50,769 nucleotides of DNA from an uncultured delta proteobacterium. GTDB taxonomy: Bacteria > Desulfobacterota > Binatia > UBA9968. This document shows, piece by piece, positions 18,475 through 27,145 of this stretch; positions within the stretch are counted from its first letter, which is position 1, and the number at the start of each line of letters is the position of its first letter. The position numbers were made by a program, and so were the translations under genes. The DNA lies in assembly GCA_963840855.1 (NCBI GenBank), contig CAWJBB010000076.1, forward strand, positions 1 through 50,769. Direction: 5' to 3'. The notes under the pieces were generated by a model. It made no database searches, had not been told where the DNA came from, and was given only the letters and a program-made list of their open reading frames with translations.

Positions 18475-18807
18475 ATGGCGGAAGTAGGCAGAGTCAGCAT
18501 TCGTATTCCTTCCAGCATCAAGCAGGGCGACGTCGTTCGCGTGCGCGCGCTGGTGATTCATCCGATGGAAATCGTCCAGCGGGACAAGCAGGGAAAGATC
18601 ATCAGTAAGAACTACCATTTCATTCATTCGCTGGCCGTCGCCTTCAACGGCAAGGAAATCATGCGCGCGGAAACTACCCAGGCGATCAGCCAGAATCCGT
18701 CCTTTACGTTTCCGCTTAAAGTTGACAAACCGGGGAAGCTGACGATCACGTTTTCGGATACGACGGGGAAGAGTTACGAGGGCAGCGAGGAGATCAAGTT
18801 CGCTTAG
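18475..18807 (+). CDS. soxZ: Sulfur carrier protein SoxZ
   Basis: VRALVIHPME, HFI and AISQNPSFTF motifs; no signal peptide; GAGG RBS. Confidence 0.88.
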   Translation: MAEVGRVSIRIPSSIKQGDVVRVRALVIHPMEIVQRDKQGKIISKNYHFIHSLAVAFNGKEIMRAETTQAISQNPSFTFPLKVDKPGKLTITFSDTTGKSYEGSEEIKFA

Positions 18808-18854
18808 AGGCCCGCGCTATCATTCCCGCCACTGCACCGATTCCGGCTTCAATC

Positions 18855-20066
18855 ATGGTCTCCAGACCGATGACGTTCGGCGGTTTTCTCAGCGATCAGC
18901 AAGCGAGAATCTTTGGGCAACCTTGGCCCGTTATTCCATCGGCGTTGGTTATCGCCGCCCTCAATGTTTTCCTTTTCGCCTTCGACCGGCCGTGGACGGC
19001 GTCCGACGGCCTGCGCAACTGGGGAGATGCGTTGCTGCAAGTCATGGGCGTGATTAATCAACCCGATCTCCTGCCGCCGCTGCTTTACTCCGGTTCATTG
19101 CTGAATCTCGGTGTGATGCTCGGTGGCCTGGTGGCCGCGTTGTTGAGCCGGGAATTTGGCATTCGAACTGCGCCGCCAAAGGAACTTCTCAAAGCCACGT
19201 TCGGCGGTTTGCTCATGGGTTGCGGAGCTATGCTTTCCTTCGGCTGCAATATCGGCGGCTTCTTTAGCGCGCTATCGGCCCTGTCGGCGAGCGGCCTCTC
19301 CATGATGGCTGGGCTCTCCGTCGGGGCTTATTTCGGAACGCGTTACATCATTCGTGAACGGATCAAACTACTCGACACGGGTCAAACGGGGTTCCTCTCT
19401 CCCTGCGAGACGCCGACGCGGCCAGCCGTTGGTTCAACTGCTTTCCGGGTTCAGCCGGTGCTAGGAACTATCCTGCTACTGGCTCTAATCGGCGCCGCGT
19501 TCGTTTATCGACAGCTGGGGCATGTACCATTGGCCACGTTTCTTTTTTTCGGACTCGCTTTCGGTTTCGTTTTCCAGCGGTCGCGCTTCTGCTTCGTTAA
19601 CGCTTTTCGCGAGCCGTTTTTGAGCGGCGAAAGCCTGCACGCGCGGGCCGCTGCTCTAGCTCTGACGCTGAGCATGATTGGCTTCTCGATATTGAAGGCC
19701 ACAGATTTGAGAGACGCCTCCGAATGGGTTTTTCCTTCCTTCTGGTTTGGTTCATTTGTTGGCGGGACTCTTTTTGGGTTGGGCATGGTGCTGGGTGAAG
19801 GTTGCGGCGCCGGGTCGATCTGGCGCGCCGGTGAAGGTCACATCAAGCTTTGGGTGGCGCTTTTCTTCTTCGCGATTGGCGCGTCCCTTGCGAGGTTAGT
19901 GCTCGTGGGGTCGGATCTGATCAGCCATTTGGGTATGCCTGTCTTTCTGCCGAATATGATCGGATGGGCAAGCGCGCTGTGGAGTGTTGTGCTTTTCATG
20001 GTGATCTGGTATTTGCTCTCCGCCTGGAATGAACAACGCCGGAGCGCTGGCGTGATAAAGCTCTGA
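18855..20066 (+). CDS. YeeE/YedE family sulfur-compound transporter
   Basis: Very hydrophobic; GGLLMGCGA..SFGCNIGG, FQRSRFCF and GMVLGEGCGAG Cys motifs. Confidence 0.88.
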   Translation: MVSRPMTFGGFLSDQQARIFGQPWPVIPSALVIAALNVFLFAFDRPWTASDGLRNWGDALLQVMGVINQPDLLPPLLYSGSLLNLGVMLGGLVAALLSREFGIRTAPPKELLKATFGGLLMGCGAMLSFGCNIGGFFSALSALSASGLSMMAGLSVGAYFGTRYIIRERIKLLDTGQTGFLSPCETPTRPAVGSTAFRVQPVLGTILLLALIGAAFVYRQLGHVPLATFLFFGLAFGFVFQRSRFCFVNAFREPFLSGESLHARAAALALTLSMIGFSILKATDLRDASEWVFPSFWFGSFVGGTLFGLGMVLGEGCGAGSIWRAGEGHIKLWVALFFFAIGASLARLVLVGSDLISHLGMPVFLPNMIGWASALWSVVLFMVIWYLLSAWNEQRRSAGVIKL

Positions 20067-20082
20067 TCGTCAAGCAAAAGCA

Positions 20083-20766
20083 ATGAGAATCGCGGCATCG
20101 AAGCCAATTCGCTTCACCGTCAACGAAACAGCCGGCAAAGTTTCCGGCGTACTGCGCGCGCCGCATGGGGCCAACGCGTTGCTTGCGCTGGCCCACGGCG
20201 CGGGCGCCGGCATGCGCCACCATTTCATGGAAGACGTGGCCGACAAATTTGCCGGTCTCGGCATCGCCACGCTGCGCTACCAGTTTCTGTACATGGAGAA
20301 GGGAATTAAAAGGCCCGATAGTGAAGCGTTGCTGACTACAACGGTTCGCGCTGCCCTGGCCGCGGCGCGAGAACAGGGACCGGATCTGCCGCTCTTTGCC
20401 GGTGGCAAATCGATGGGTGGACGCATGACGTCCATCGCCGCCGCCAAAGGGTTCCTCGAAGGCGTCCGCGGGCTGGTTTTTTTCGGCTTCCCGCTGCATG
20501 CGGCGGGAAGGCCCGGCGCGGAGCGGGGTAAACATTTGTTTAACGTAAGAGCGCCCATGCTTTTTCTCCAGGGCTCGCGGGACAGCTTGGCCGATTTGCG
20601 CCTGCTCGAGCCGGTATGCAAGGGCCTCGGCAAAAAAGCCGAGCTGTTTGTCGTCGAAGGCGGCGATCATTCGTTTCACATGCTCAAAAGCTCGGGACGT
20701 TCGGACGACCAAGTGTTGGATGAAATAGTGAGCAAAGCGGCGGCGTGGATGAGAGGGCTTGCATAG
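20083..20766 (+). CDS. Alpha/beta hydrolase (KANL3/Tex30-like)
   Basis: AHGAGAGM, GGKSMGGRM nucleophile elbow, QGSRD and GDHSF motifs. Confidence 0.88.
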   Translation: MRIAASKPIRFTVNETAGKVSGVLRAPHGANALLALAHGAGAGMRHHFMEDVADKFAGLGIATLRYQFLYMEKGIKRPDSEALLTTTVRAALAAAREQGPDLPLFAGGKSMGGRMTSIAAAKGFLEGVRGLVFFGFPLHAAGRPGAERGKHLFNVRAPMLFLQGSRDSLADLRLLEPVCKGLGKKAELFVVEGGDHSFHMLKSSGRSDDQVLDEIVSKAAAWMRGLA

Positions 20767-20775
20767 GCCTCTGGC

Positions 20776-20933
20776 CGTTCAAAGTTCAATGTTCAAGGTT
20801 CAAAGTCCGCGCCTTCGGATTCGACCAATGCATGCGGTGGTGGACGCAACGTTTGCGGCAAAATGCTCAATCGCCGGAGAAGCGCGAGCCACGTTCGGAA
20901 AACCTTGAACTTTGAACCTTGAACCTCGAACTG
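20776..20933. repeat. GTTCAAN heptamer-array element with a spacer of about 90 bp
   Basis: Four GTTCAAN units on the left; CCTTGAAC TTTGAAC CTTGAAC CTCGAAC on the right. Confidence 0.8.
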
Positions 20934-20953
20934 GTATTTGTTCGATGTGATTC

Positions 20954-21442
20954 ATGTACCCCACGACTGAAAAGGAAGCGCTCGAGGCGCTGAAAGGCGA
21001 CGATGTTGAGCTAGCCGCCACCGCCGAGGCGATTCTCTGGCGCACTTGGTGCCGTTCGGCGAATTCTGAAATCGACAGAATTTTTCGCGCCGGTGTCGAT
21101 GCCATGCAAAATCGCCGGCTGGAAGACGCCGAGTCATTCTTCGCAACCGTCATTGACGCGGCGCCGGAGTTTGCCGAGGGCTGGAATAAGCGAGCGACGG
21201 TCCGCTACATGCGCGATAACTTTCACGGGTCGATCGCCGATTGCCAAGCGACTTTGGTGCGTAACCCAAACCATTTTGGCGCGGCGTCCGGTCAGGGACT
21301 TTGCCATCTGTCGCTGGGACAGTATCGTGAAGCCGCGATTTGTTTCCGCCGGGCGTTGGAGATTCATCCGCATTTGCACGGCGCGCGCCATAACCTGGCC
21401 CTCGCGGAAGCGGCAGGCGGAGGCAGCGGCTATCTGCATTAG
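20954..21442 (+). CDS. Tetratricopeptide repeat protein
   Basis: PEFAEGWNKRATVRY, NPNHFGA..GQGLC and AAICFRRALEIHP repeats. Confidence 0.85.
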   Translation: MYPTTEKEALEALKGDDVELAATAEAILWRTWCRSANSEIDRIFRAGVDAMQNRRLEDAESFFATVIDAAPEFAEGWNKRATVRYMRDNFHGSIADCQATLVRNPNHFGAASGQGLCHLSLGQYREAAICFRRALEIHPHLHGARHNLALAEAAGGGSGYLH

Positions 21443-21497
21443 TCGCCGGAGATGGCTGGGATTTGGTGCTGGCACCGGATATCAGGAAGCTGCGACT

Positions 21498-21537
21498 CTC
21501 CGGAGCTCCACACTCCGGACGTTGAACTTTGAACTCC
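21498..21537. repeat. Solo right arm of the GTTCAAN heptamer family
   Basis: Reverse complement reads GGAGTTCAAAGTTCAACGTCCGGAGTGTGGAGCTCCGGAG. Confidence 0.6.
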
Positions 21538-21541
21538 AATT

Positions 21542-21994
21542 ATGATGTCGAAAAAATGTAAATACGCGCTCAAAGCACTGATCTGCCTGGCAAAAGATTA
21601 TGGCGGCGGCAGCCTCTTTATTGACGATATTGCCAAGTCGGAGCATATACCAAAAAAATTTCTCGAATTGATTCTTCTCGATCTAAAACACGCGGGATAC
21701 GTGCGCAGCAAGCAGGGCGCAAAGGGGGGCTACCGACTGGTCCAGGATCCGAGCCAGATCAGCCTGGCGGAGATTTACCGGTTATTCGACGGCGCCATTG
21801 CGCTGGTGCCATGCGTGTCGCAGAAGTTTTACGAACAATGCGACGATTGTCCCGACGAGAAAACCTGCCGCCTCAAGAAAGTTTTCATCGACGTGCGCGA
21901 CAAAACCTACGAGTTGCTGTCGGGCATTACCATTGAATCTTTCCTGAGCCATCCCCAGTCGCGCAAGTTCTTGAGAAACAAGAGCAAAATTTAG
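21542..21994 (+). CDS. Rrf2 family transcriptional regulator with four C-terminal Cys
   Basis: YALKAL, IPKKFLELIL and SKQGAKGGYRL motifs; CVSQKFYEQCDDCPDEKTC. Confidence 0.92.
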   Translation: MMSKKCKYALKALICLAKDYGGGSLFIDDIAKSEHIPKKFLELILLDLKHAGYVRSKQGAKGGYRLVQDPSQISLAEIYRLFDGAIALVPCVSQKFYEQCDDCPDEKTCRLKKVFIDVRDKTYELLSGITIESFLSHPQSRKFLRNKSKI

Positions 21995-22019
21995 TGGCAA
22001 TTTTCTTGCTGCCGGGTGC

Positions 22020-22065
22020 TTGACAGAGCTGCGTTAATTTAATATCTAGTAATTCAATAGAGTTA
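22020..22065 (+). promoter_or_regulatory. Promoter with a probable Rrf2-type AT-rich operator upstream of the sulfate uptake operon
   Basis: TTGACA at 22020-22025; imperfect inverted repeat AATATCTA-GTAATTCAA-TAGAGTTA over the -10 region. Confidence 0.55.
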
Positions 22066-22127
22066 ATGGAATCACTCGCAATTTAGCTAACGTAGACGTT
22101 TTGAACCGTGCTGTAGAGGGTTCGAAG

Positions 22128-22496
22128 ATGACTCAACTGCAACGACCCGGATGGAAAATGGGAAGACTGCTTCAGGGCTTGTCGAGCCAGACCGATACCG
22201 AGGGTCCGGTTAGCGCAAAAACGGACGCGGCGGTTGTGCGGCTGATCGATTCTCCGCGCCGCGCGCCGGCTACGCCGATCGAACAGCGGCTGATATCCAC
22301 GCTCAGAGAAACCGAATCGGTTTCATTTGCGAGGCTCGTGAACGCGGTTTCGGCGGATCTTTATGCCGAAGAGTTACGCACGGGTGCCGGAGCCTTGGAC
22401 ATCGGATTGTTCGGCAGCCGCTTGTTTAATGGCGACGTCATTCGAGAGTTGAAAGCTGGGGATGGAATCTTGTGGAAAATAGGGGAACTAAAGTGA
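22128..22496 (+). CDS. Hypothetical protein (about 122 aa), first gene of the sulfate transporter operon
   Basis: GAGGG RBS; its stop overlaps the GTG start of sbp (GTGA). Confidence 0.6.
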   Translation: MTQLQRPGWKMGRLLQGLSSQTDTEGPVSAKTDAAVVRLIDSPRRAPATPIEQRLISTLRETESVSFARLVNAVSADLYAEELRTGAGALDIGLFGSRLFNGDVIRELKAGDGILWKIGELK

Positions 22497-23494
22497 CTTC
22501 TAAACAATTGAGTTTGCTACTAACAGGGCTCAGCCTCTTGTTGGCAGGTGAGATCTACGCGCAAAAGACGCTGCTCAACGTTTCCTACGATCCCACGCGG
22601 GAACTTTATAAGGAATTCAATCCAGCCTTTATCAAACACTGGCAGGCCAAGACGGGCGAATCGATTTCGTTCAAGCAAGCCCACGGCGGCTCCGGCTCCC
22701 AGGCACGGGCAGTGATCGACGGCCTTGAAGCGGACGTGGTGACGTTGGCTCTGGCTGGCGATGTCGACGCGATTGCGAACAAAGGGCTTCTTTCTGCCGA
22801 CTGGCAAAAGCGCCTGCCGTGGAACAGCGCGCCATACACATCGGCTATTGTATTCCTGGTGCGCAAAGGGAACCCCAAGGGCATTCGAGATTGGTCCGAT
22901 CTGGTAAAGGCGGGCATTTCCGTCATCACGCCGAACCCTAAGACCTCCGGCGGCGCCCGCTGGAATTACCTCGCGGCGTGGGGCTACGAGTTGGCCAGAA
23001 CGAAAAAGAACGAGTCGAAAGCGATGGAGTTCGTCACGGCGATATACAAAAACGTTCCCGTGCTCGACTCGGGGGCCCGCGGCTCGACAACTACTTTTGT
23101 AGAGCGCGGCATTGGCGACGCGTTCATCTCGTGGGAGAACGAGGCCTTTCTCGCGGTCAACGAGCTGGGCAAAGACAAGTTAGAGATCGTCGTGCCATCG
23201 ATAAGCATTTTGGCCGAACCGACTGTGGCGGTGGTCGACAAGGTCGTGGATAAGCGCAAGACCCGCGCCATAGCGCAGGCTTACCTGGAATATTTGTATT
23301 CACCCGAAGGGCAGGAGATTGTGGCTAAGCACTACTACCGGCCGCGGCTGTTGGAGACCGGTAAGAAGTACGCGAAGAACTTCGCCCAGGTGAAACTCTT
23401 TACGATCGATGAAGTCTTCGGCGGCTGGACGAAGGCTCACAAGCAGCATTTTGCCGATGGTGCCGTCTTCGATCAAATCTATCAGCAGAAATAG
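22493..23494 (+). CDS. sbp: Sulfate/thiosulfate ABC transporter substrate-binding protein
   Basis: [52 protein letters not shown] and WENEA motifs. Confidence 0.96.
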   Translation: MTSKQLSLLLTGLSLLLAGEIYAQKTLLNVSYDPTRELYKEFNPAFIKHWQAKTGESISFKQAHGGSGSQARAVIDGLEADVVTLALAGDVDAIANKGLLSADWQKRLPWNSAPYTSAIVFLVRKGNPKGIRDWSDLVKAGISVITPNPKTSGGARWNYLAAWGYELARTKKNESKAMEFVTAIYKNVPVLDSGARGSTTTFVERGIGDAFISWENEAFLAVNELGKDKLEIVVPSISILAEPTVAVVDKVVDKRKTRAIAQAYLEYLYSPEGQEIVAKHYYRPRLLETGKKYAKNFAQVKLFTIDEVFGGWTKAHKQHFADGAVFDQIYQQK

Positions 23495-23513
23495 CTCGAT
23501 TAGAAACCCCGCC

Positions 23514-24344
23514 ATGATTCGAACTATCCGCCAGCACAGCATTCTTCCGGGATTTGGCCTGACGATGGGCTTCACCATTTTCTATCTGAGCCTGATCGTG
23601 CTGCTGCCGCTGGGCGCAGCTTTCTTGAAGACGTTTGCCATGGGCTGGACGGAATTCTGGGAAACGGTTACGGGGGCGCGTGCCTTGGCATCGTATCGTT
23701 TGAGCATCGGCGCCTCGTTGATCGCGGCCAGTATCAATAGCGTGCTGGGCTTGCTGGCGGCCTGGGTGCTGGTGCGTTACGAGTTTCCCGGCAAACGCAT
23801 CGTGGACGCGCTGATAGATCTGCCGTTTGCCCTGCCGACGGCGGTGGCCGGCATTACGCTGACCGCCATGTTCGCGGGCAACGGCTGGGTTGGGAGTTGG
23901 CTCGAGCCGCTGGGCATCAAGGTCGCTTTTACCTGGCTGGGTGTGGTAGTGGCCCTGACGTTCATCGGCTTGCCGTTCGTTGTCCGCACGGTCCAGCCGG
24001 TGCTGCAAGAATTGGATCCGGAAATCGAGGAGGCCGCGGCGACGTTGGGCGCGGGGCGCTGGCAATCCTTGAGGAGAGTCATATTTCCCGAACTATTGCC
24101 GGCGTTATTGACCGGCTTTGCGCTGGCTTTTGCGCGGGCGGTCGGTGAATACGGCTCAGTGGTCTTTATCTCGGGCAACATGCCAATGAAAACCGAGATC
24201 ACGCCGCTCCTGATCATCACCAAGCTCGCGCAGTACGATTACAGCGGGGCTACGGCGCTGGCGGTGGCTACGCTGACGATGTCCTTCGTCTTGCTGCTTT
24301 TCATCAACCTGCTCCAGTGGTGGAGCCGAACGAGATACGCATAA
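23514..24344 (+). CDS. cysT: Sulfate ABC transporter permease CysT
   Basis: [41 protein letters not shown] and GEYGSV motifs. Confidence 0.96.
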   Translation: MIRTIRQHSILPGFGLTMGFTIFYLSLIVLLPLGAAFLKTFAMGWTEFWETVTGARALASYRLSIGASLIAASINSVLGLLAAWVLVRYEFPGKRIVDALIDLPFALPTAVAGITLTAMFAGNGWVGSWLEPLGIKVAFTWLGVVVALTFIGLPFVVRTVQPVLQELDPEIEEAAATLGAGRWQSLRRVIFPELLPALLTGFALAFARAVGEYGSVVFISGNMPMKTEITPLLIITKLAQYDYSGATALAVATLTMSFVLLLFINLLQWWSRTRYA

Positions 24345-24399
24345 ACCGCATGGCACTCAATAGCGCAAGCAATGGAAATACCCGGAGGGGGCCACAGGC

Positions 24400-25242
24400 A
24401 TGAGCGAGCCGCGCTGGGTTCGCGCCATCCTGATTACCGTGGCGCTTCTGTTCTTGGGGCTTTTCCTGCTCTTGCCGTTGATCGTTGTGTTCAGCGAAGC
24501 TTTCAAGAAAGGCGTCGAAGTCTATCTGGAGTCCATCCGCGAACCGGATGCTACAGCCGCGATCCGATTGACGTTGACCGCGGCGGTCATCGCGGTACCG
24601 CTCAATTTGATTTTTGGCGTTTCCGCGGCCTGGGCCATCGCAAAATTTCAGTTCCCCGGCAAGAGTTTTCTCATTACATTGATCGATCTGCCCTTCTCCG
24701 TCTCGCCGGTCATCTCGGGACTTGTTTTTGTGTTGTTGTTCGGTCTTCAAGGCTGGCTCGGGCCGTGGCTTGCCGAACACGAAATCAAGATCATTTTCGC
24801 CGTGCCCGGAATCGTCCTGGCGACTATCTTCGTTACCTTTCCGTTTGTCGCGCGCGAGCTGATCCCGTTGATGCAGTCGCAGGGAAGTGAAGAAGAGGAA
24901 GCGGCGCAAACTTTGGGCGCCGGGGGCTGGCAGACGTTCTGGCGCGTGACTCTGCCTAATGTCAAATGGGGTCTCCTGTACGGCGTGATTCTGTGCAACG
25001 CGCGGGCGATGGGAGAGTTCGGGGCGGTTTCCGTGGTTTCCGGCCATATCCGCGGAGCCACCAATACCATCCCGCTCCACGCCGAGATCCTCTACAACGA
25101 ATACAACTCCGCGGCGGCTTTTGCCATGGCGTCGTTACTTACCATTCTGACGCTGGTGACGATCGCGCTCAAAGCGTGGATCGATCGGAAGTCGCAGATC
25201 GAAGTACGAGAAGTTCCAGAGCGAGCATGGGTGGAGGGATAG
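24400..25242 (+). CDS. cysW: Sulfate ABC transporter permease CysW
   Basis: [23 protein letters not shown] and [20 protein letters not shown] motifs. Confidence 0.96.
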   Translation: MSEPRWVRAILITVALLFLGLFLLLPLIVVFSEAFKKGVEVYLESIREPDATAAIRLTLTAAVIAVPLNLIFGVSAAWAIAKFQFPGKSFLITLIDLPFSVSPVISGLVFVLLFGLQGWLGPWLAEHEIKIIFAVPGIVLATIFVTFPFVARELIPLMQSQGSEEEEAAQTLGAGGWQTFWRVTLPNVKWGLLYGVILCNARAMGEFGAVSVVSGHIRGATNTIPLHAEILYNEYNSAAAFAMASLLTILTLVTIALKAWIDRKSQIEVREVPERAWVEG

Positions 25243-25243
25243 C

Positions 25244-26305
25244 ATGAGCATCGAGATACGCGCCATCAGAAAAAGTTTTGGCAACTTCGCGGCGCTGAAG
25301 GACGTGAGTTTCAAGGTCGAAACCGGAGAGTTGGTGGCGCTCCTCGGGCCGTCCGGCTCCGGGAAAACCACGCTCCTCCGAATGATCGCCGGGATCGAGG
25401 TTCCCGATGGCCGCGATGGCGCGATTCTTATCCACAACGAAGATACAACGGCGTTCAGCGTCCGCGACCGCAGAGTCGGATTTGTATTTCAACACTATGC
25501 CTTATTCCGCCATATGACGATCTTCGAGAACGTCGCCTTCGGACTCAGGGTCCGCCCGCGCCGCGTGCGGCCGTCCGAGAAAGTAATCAAAGAAAAAGTG
25601 AATGAGCTCTTGAAGCTCGTGCAGTTGGATTGGCTCGGCGACCGCTTGCCGTCCCAACTTTCGGGCGGTCAGCGGCAGCGAATCGCGTTGGCGCGCGCTC
25701 TCGCGGTGGAGCCCAGCGTGCTGCTCCTGGACGAGCCCTTCGGGTCCCTCGACGCCAAGGTTCGAAAAGAGCTGCGCCAGTGGCTCAGGCGCTTTCACGA
25801 TGAGTTGAAAATCACCAGCGTCTTTGTCACGCACGATCAGGAGGAAGCCTTGGAGGTCGCCGACCGCGTGGTCTTGATGAACGAAGGCCGGGTCGAGCAG
25901 GTGGGCACGCCGGAGGAAGTCTATCATCACCCGGCCAATGCGTTCGTTTACAACTTTCTCGGCAACGTCAATCTTTTTCACAGCCGCGTCGAAGAGGGAA
26001 AAGTTTATCTCGGGGAAATGCCCATCGACTTGCCGGCTGAAAGCACGCCGGATGCCAAATCTGCTCTGGTGTTTGTCCGCCCGCACCTATTGGAAATCGA
26101 ACATCAACGCAACGGCGGCGACAACTTCCACGCCAAGGTGACCCATATCAACGCCGCCGGTCCTCTGGTCAAGGTCGATCTGGTTACTGACTGGGGAGAC
26201 CCGGTGCAGGTGGAGTTATCGCATGGAAAATACCTGTCTCTTGGTTTGAAGCGAGACGATGAGGTATTTGTGCGGCCCAGGGAAAGAAAGATTTTCCTTC
26301 AATAG
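25244..26305 (+). CDS. cysA: Sulfate ABC transporter ATP-binding protein CysA
   Basis: [26 protein letters not shown] and LLLDEPF motifs; TOBE-like C-terminus. Confidence 0.96.
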   Translation: MSIEIRAIRKSFGNFAALKDVSFKVETGELVALLGPSGSGKTTLLRMIAGIEVPDGRDGAILIHNEDTTAFSVRDRRVGFVFQHYALFRHMTIFENVAFGLRVRPRRVRPSEKVIKEKVNELLKLVQLDWLGDRLPSQLSGGQRQRIALARALAVEPSVLLLDEPFGSLDAKVRKELRQWLRRFHDELKITSVFVTHDQEEALEVADRVVLMNEGRVEQVGTPEEVYHHPANAFVYNFLGNVNLFHSRVEEGKVYLGEMPIDLPAESTPDAKSALVFVRPHLLEIEHQRNGGDNFHAKVTHINAAGPLVKVDLVTDWGDPVQVELSHGKYLSLGLKRDDEVFVRPRERKIFLQ

Positions 26306-26373
26306 AAAAGAATCATCACGTGGGGCGACAGCGCGCGAAAGTAGACGCGCACTGCAATCCTCGCCCCCGCTAC

Positions 26374-26403
26374 TTGACCTTCCTGCCGAGCCCACCGTAT
26401 AAA
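26374..26403 (+). promoter_or_regulatory. sigma70-like promoter of the FMN reductase gene
   Basis: TTGACC-N18-TATAAA, followed by AGGAGG RBS. Confidence 0.55.
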
Positions 26404-26432
26404 GTGACGACCCATTTATCGCAGGAGGATGA

Positions 26433-26990
26433 ATGAGTATTCGGGTAGCGGGAATTGCCGGAAGTCTGAGAGCGGGTTCATTGAACAAGGGACTGCTGCG
26501 CGCGGCAGTGGAATCGGCGCCGGCGGTGATGGAAATCGCCATCTTCGATCGGCTTGGCGATATCCCGGCGTATAACGACGATGTCTTTGCCAAAGGCGAT
26601 CCCGAGCCGGTGGCCGACATGAAGGCATTCATCGGCGGCGCCGACGCGCTGCTGATCGCCACGCCGGAATACAATTACGGCGTGCCGGGTGTGCTCAAGA
26701 ACGCCATCGATTGGGCGTCGAGGCCCGCCGGAAAGTCAGTTCTTAACCGCAAACCTGCGGCGATCATGGGCTGTTCGCCGGGGCTTGGTGGCACCATTCG
26801 CGCGCAGCATGCGCTGCGGCAGAGCTTCGTTTTCACCGACACCTATGTCATGTCGCAGCCGGAGATCAAGATTCCCTCCGCGGCGCAGCTGTTTGACGAA
26901 ACGGGCAAATTGATCGATGAAAGCACGCGCCAGTATATAAGAAAATTTCTTGAGGCTTTCGTCGTTTGGATCGGCCGGTTCCAGGTTTAG
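26433..26990 (+). CDS. NAD(P)H-dependent FMN reductase (ChrR/SsuE-like flavodoxin fold)
   Basis: GSLRAGSLN and ATPEYNYGVPGVLKNAIDWASRP motifs. Confidence 0.92.
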   Translation: MSIRVAGIAGSLRAGSLNKGLLRAAVESAPAVMEIAIFDRLGDIPAYNDDVFAKGDPEPVADMKAFIGGADALLIATPEYNYGVPGVLKNAIDWASRPAGKSVLNRKPAAIMGCSPGLGGTIRAQHALRQSFVFTDTYVMSQPEIKIPSAAQLFDETGKLIDESTRQYIRKFLEAFVVWIGRFQV

Positions 26991-27072
26991 CAGCGCGGCT
27001 GAAGTATCCACATAGGCCATTGTCTGCCGATGGCCGGCGTTATTATAATTGCCCTCAACGTTCTTCTCGTCA

Positions 27073-27102
27073 TTGACACCGATAAAGGTCATCAGGTACT
27101 CT
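27073..27102 (+). promoter_or_regulatory. Possible sigma70 promoter of the first MBL gene
   Basis: TTGACA-N18-TACTCT. Confidence 0.4.
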
Positions 27103-27145
27103 CCACCGCAACGTGAAGTATCAATTACCAACCAGGGGGTTATCT

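Noticed and set aside
17840-18807. A complete Sox thiosulfate-oxidation pathway
   Set aside because: No soxA, X, B, C or D homolog is recognisable in the window. They could lie elsewhere in the genome.
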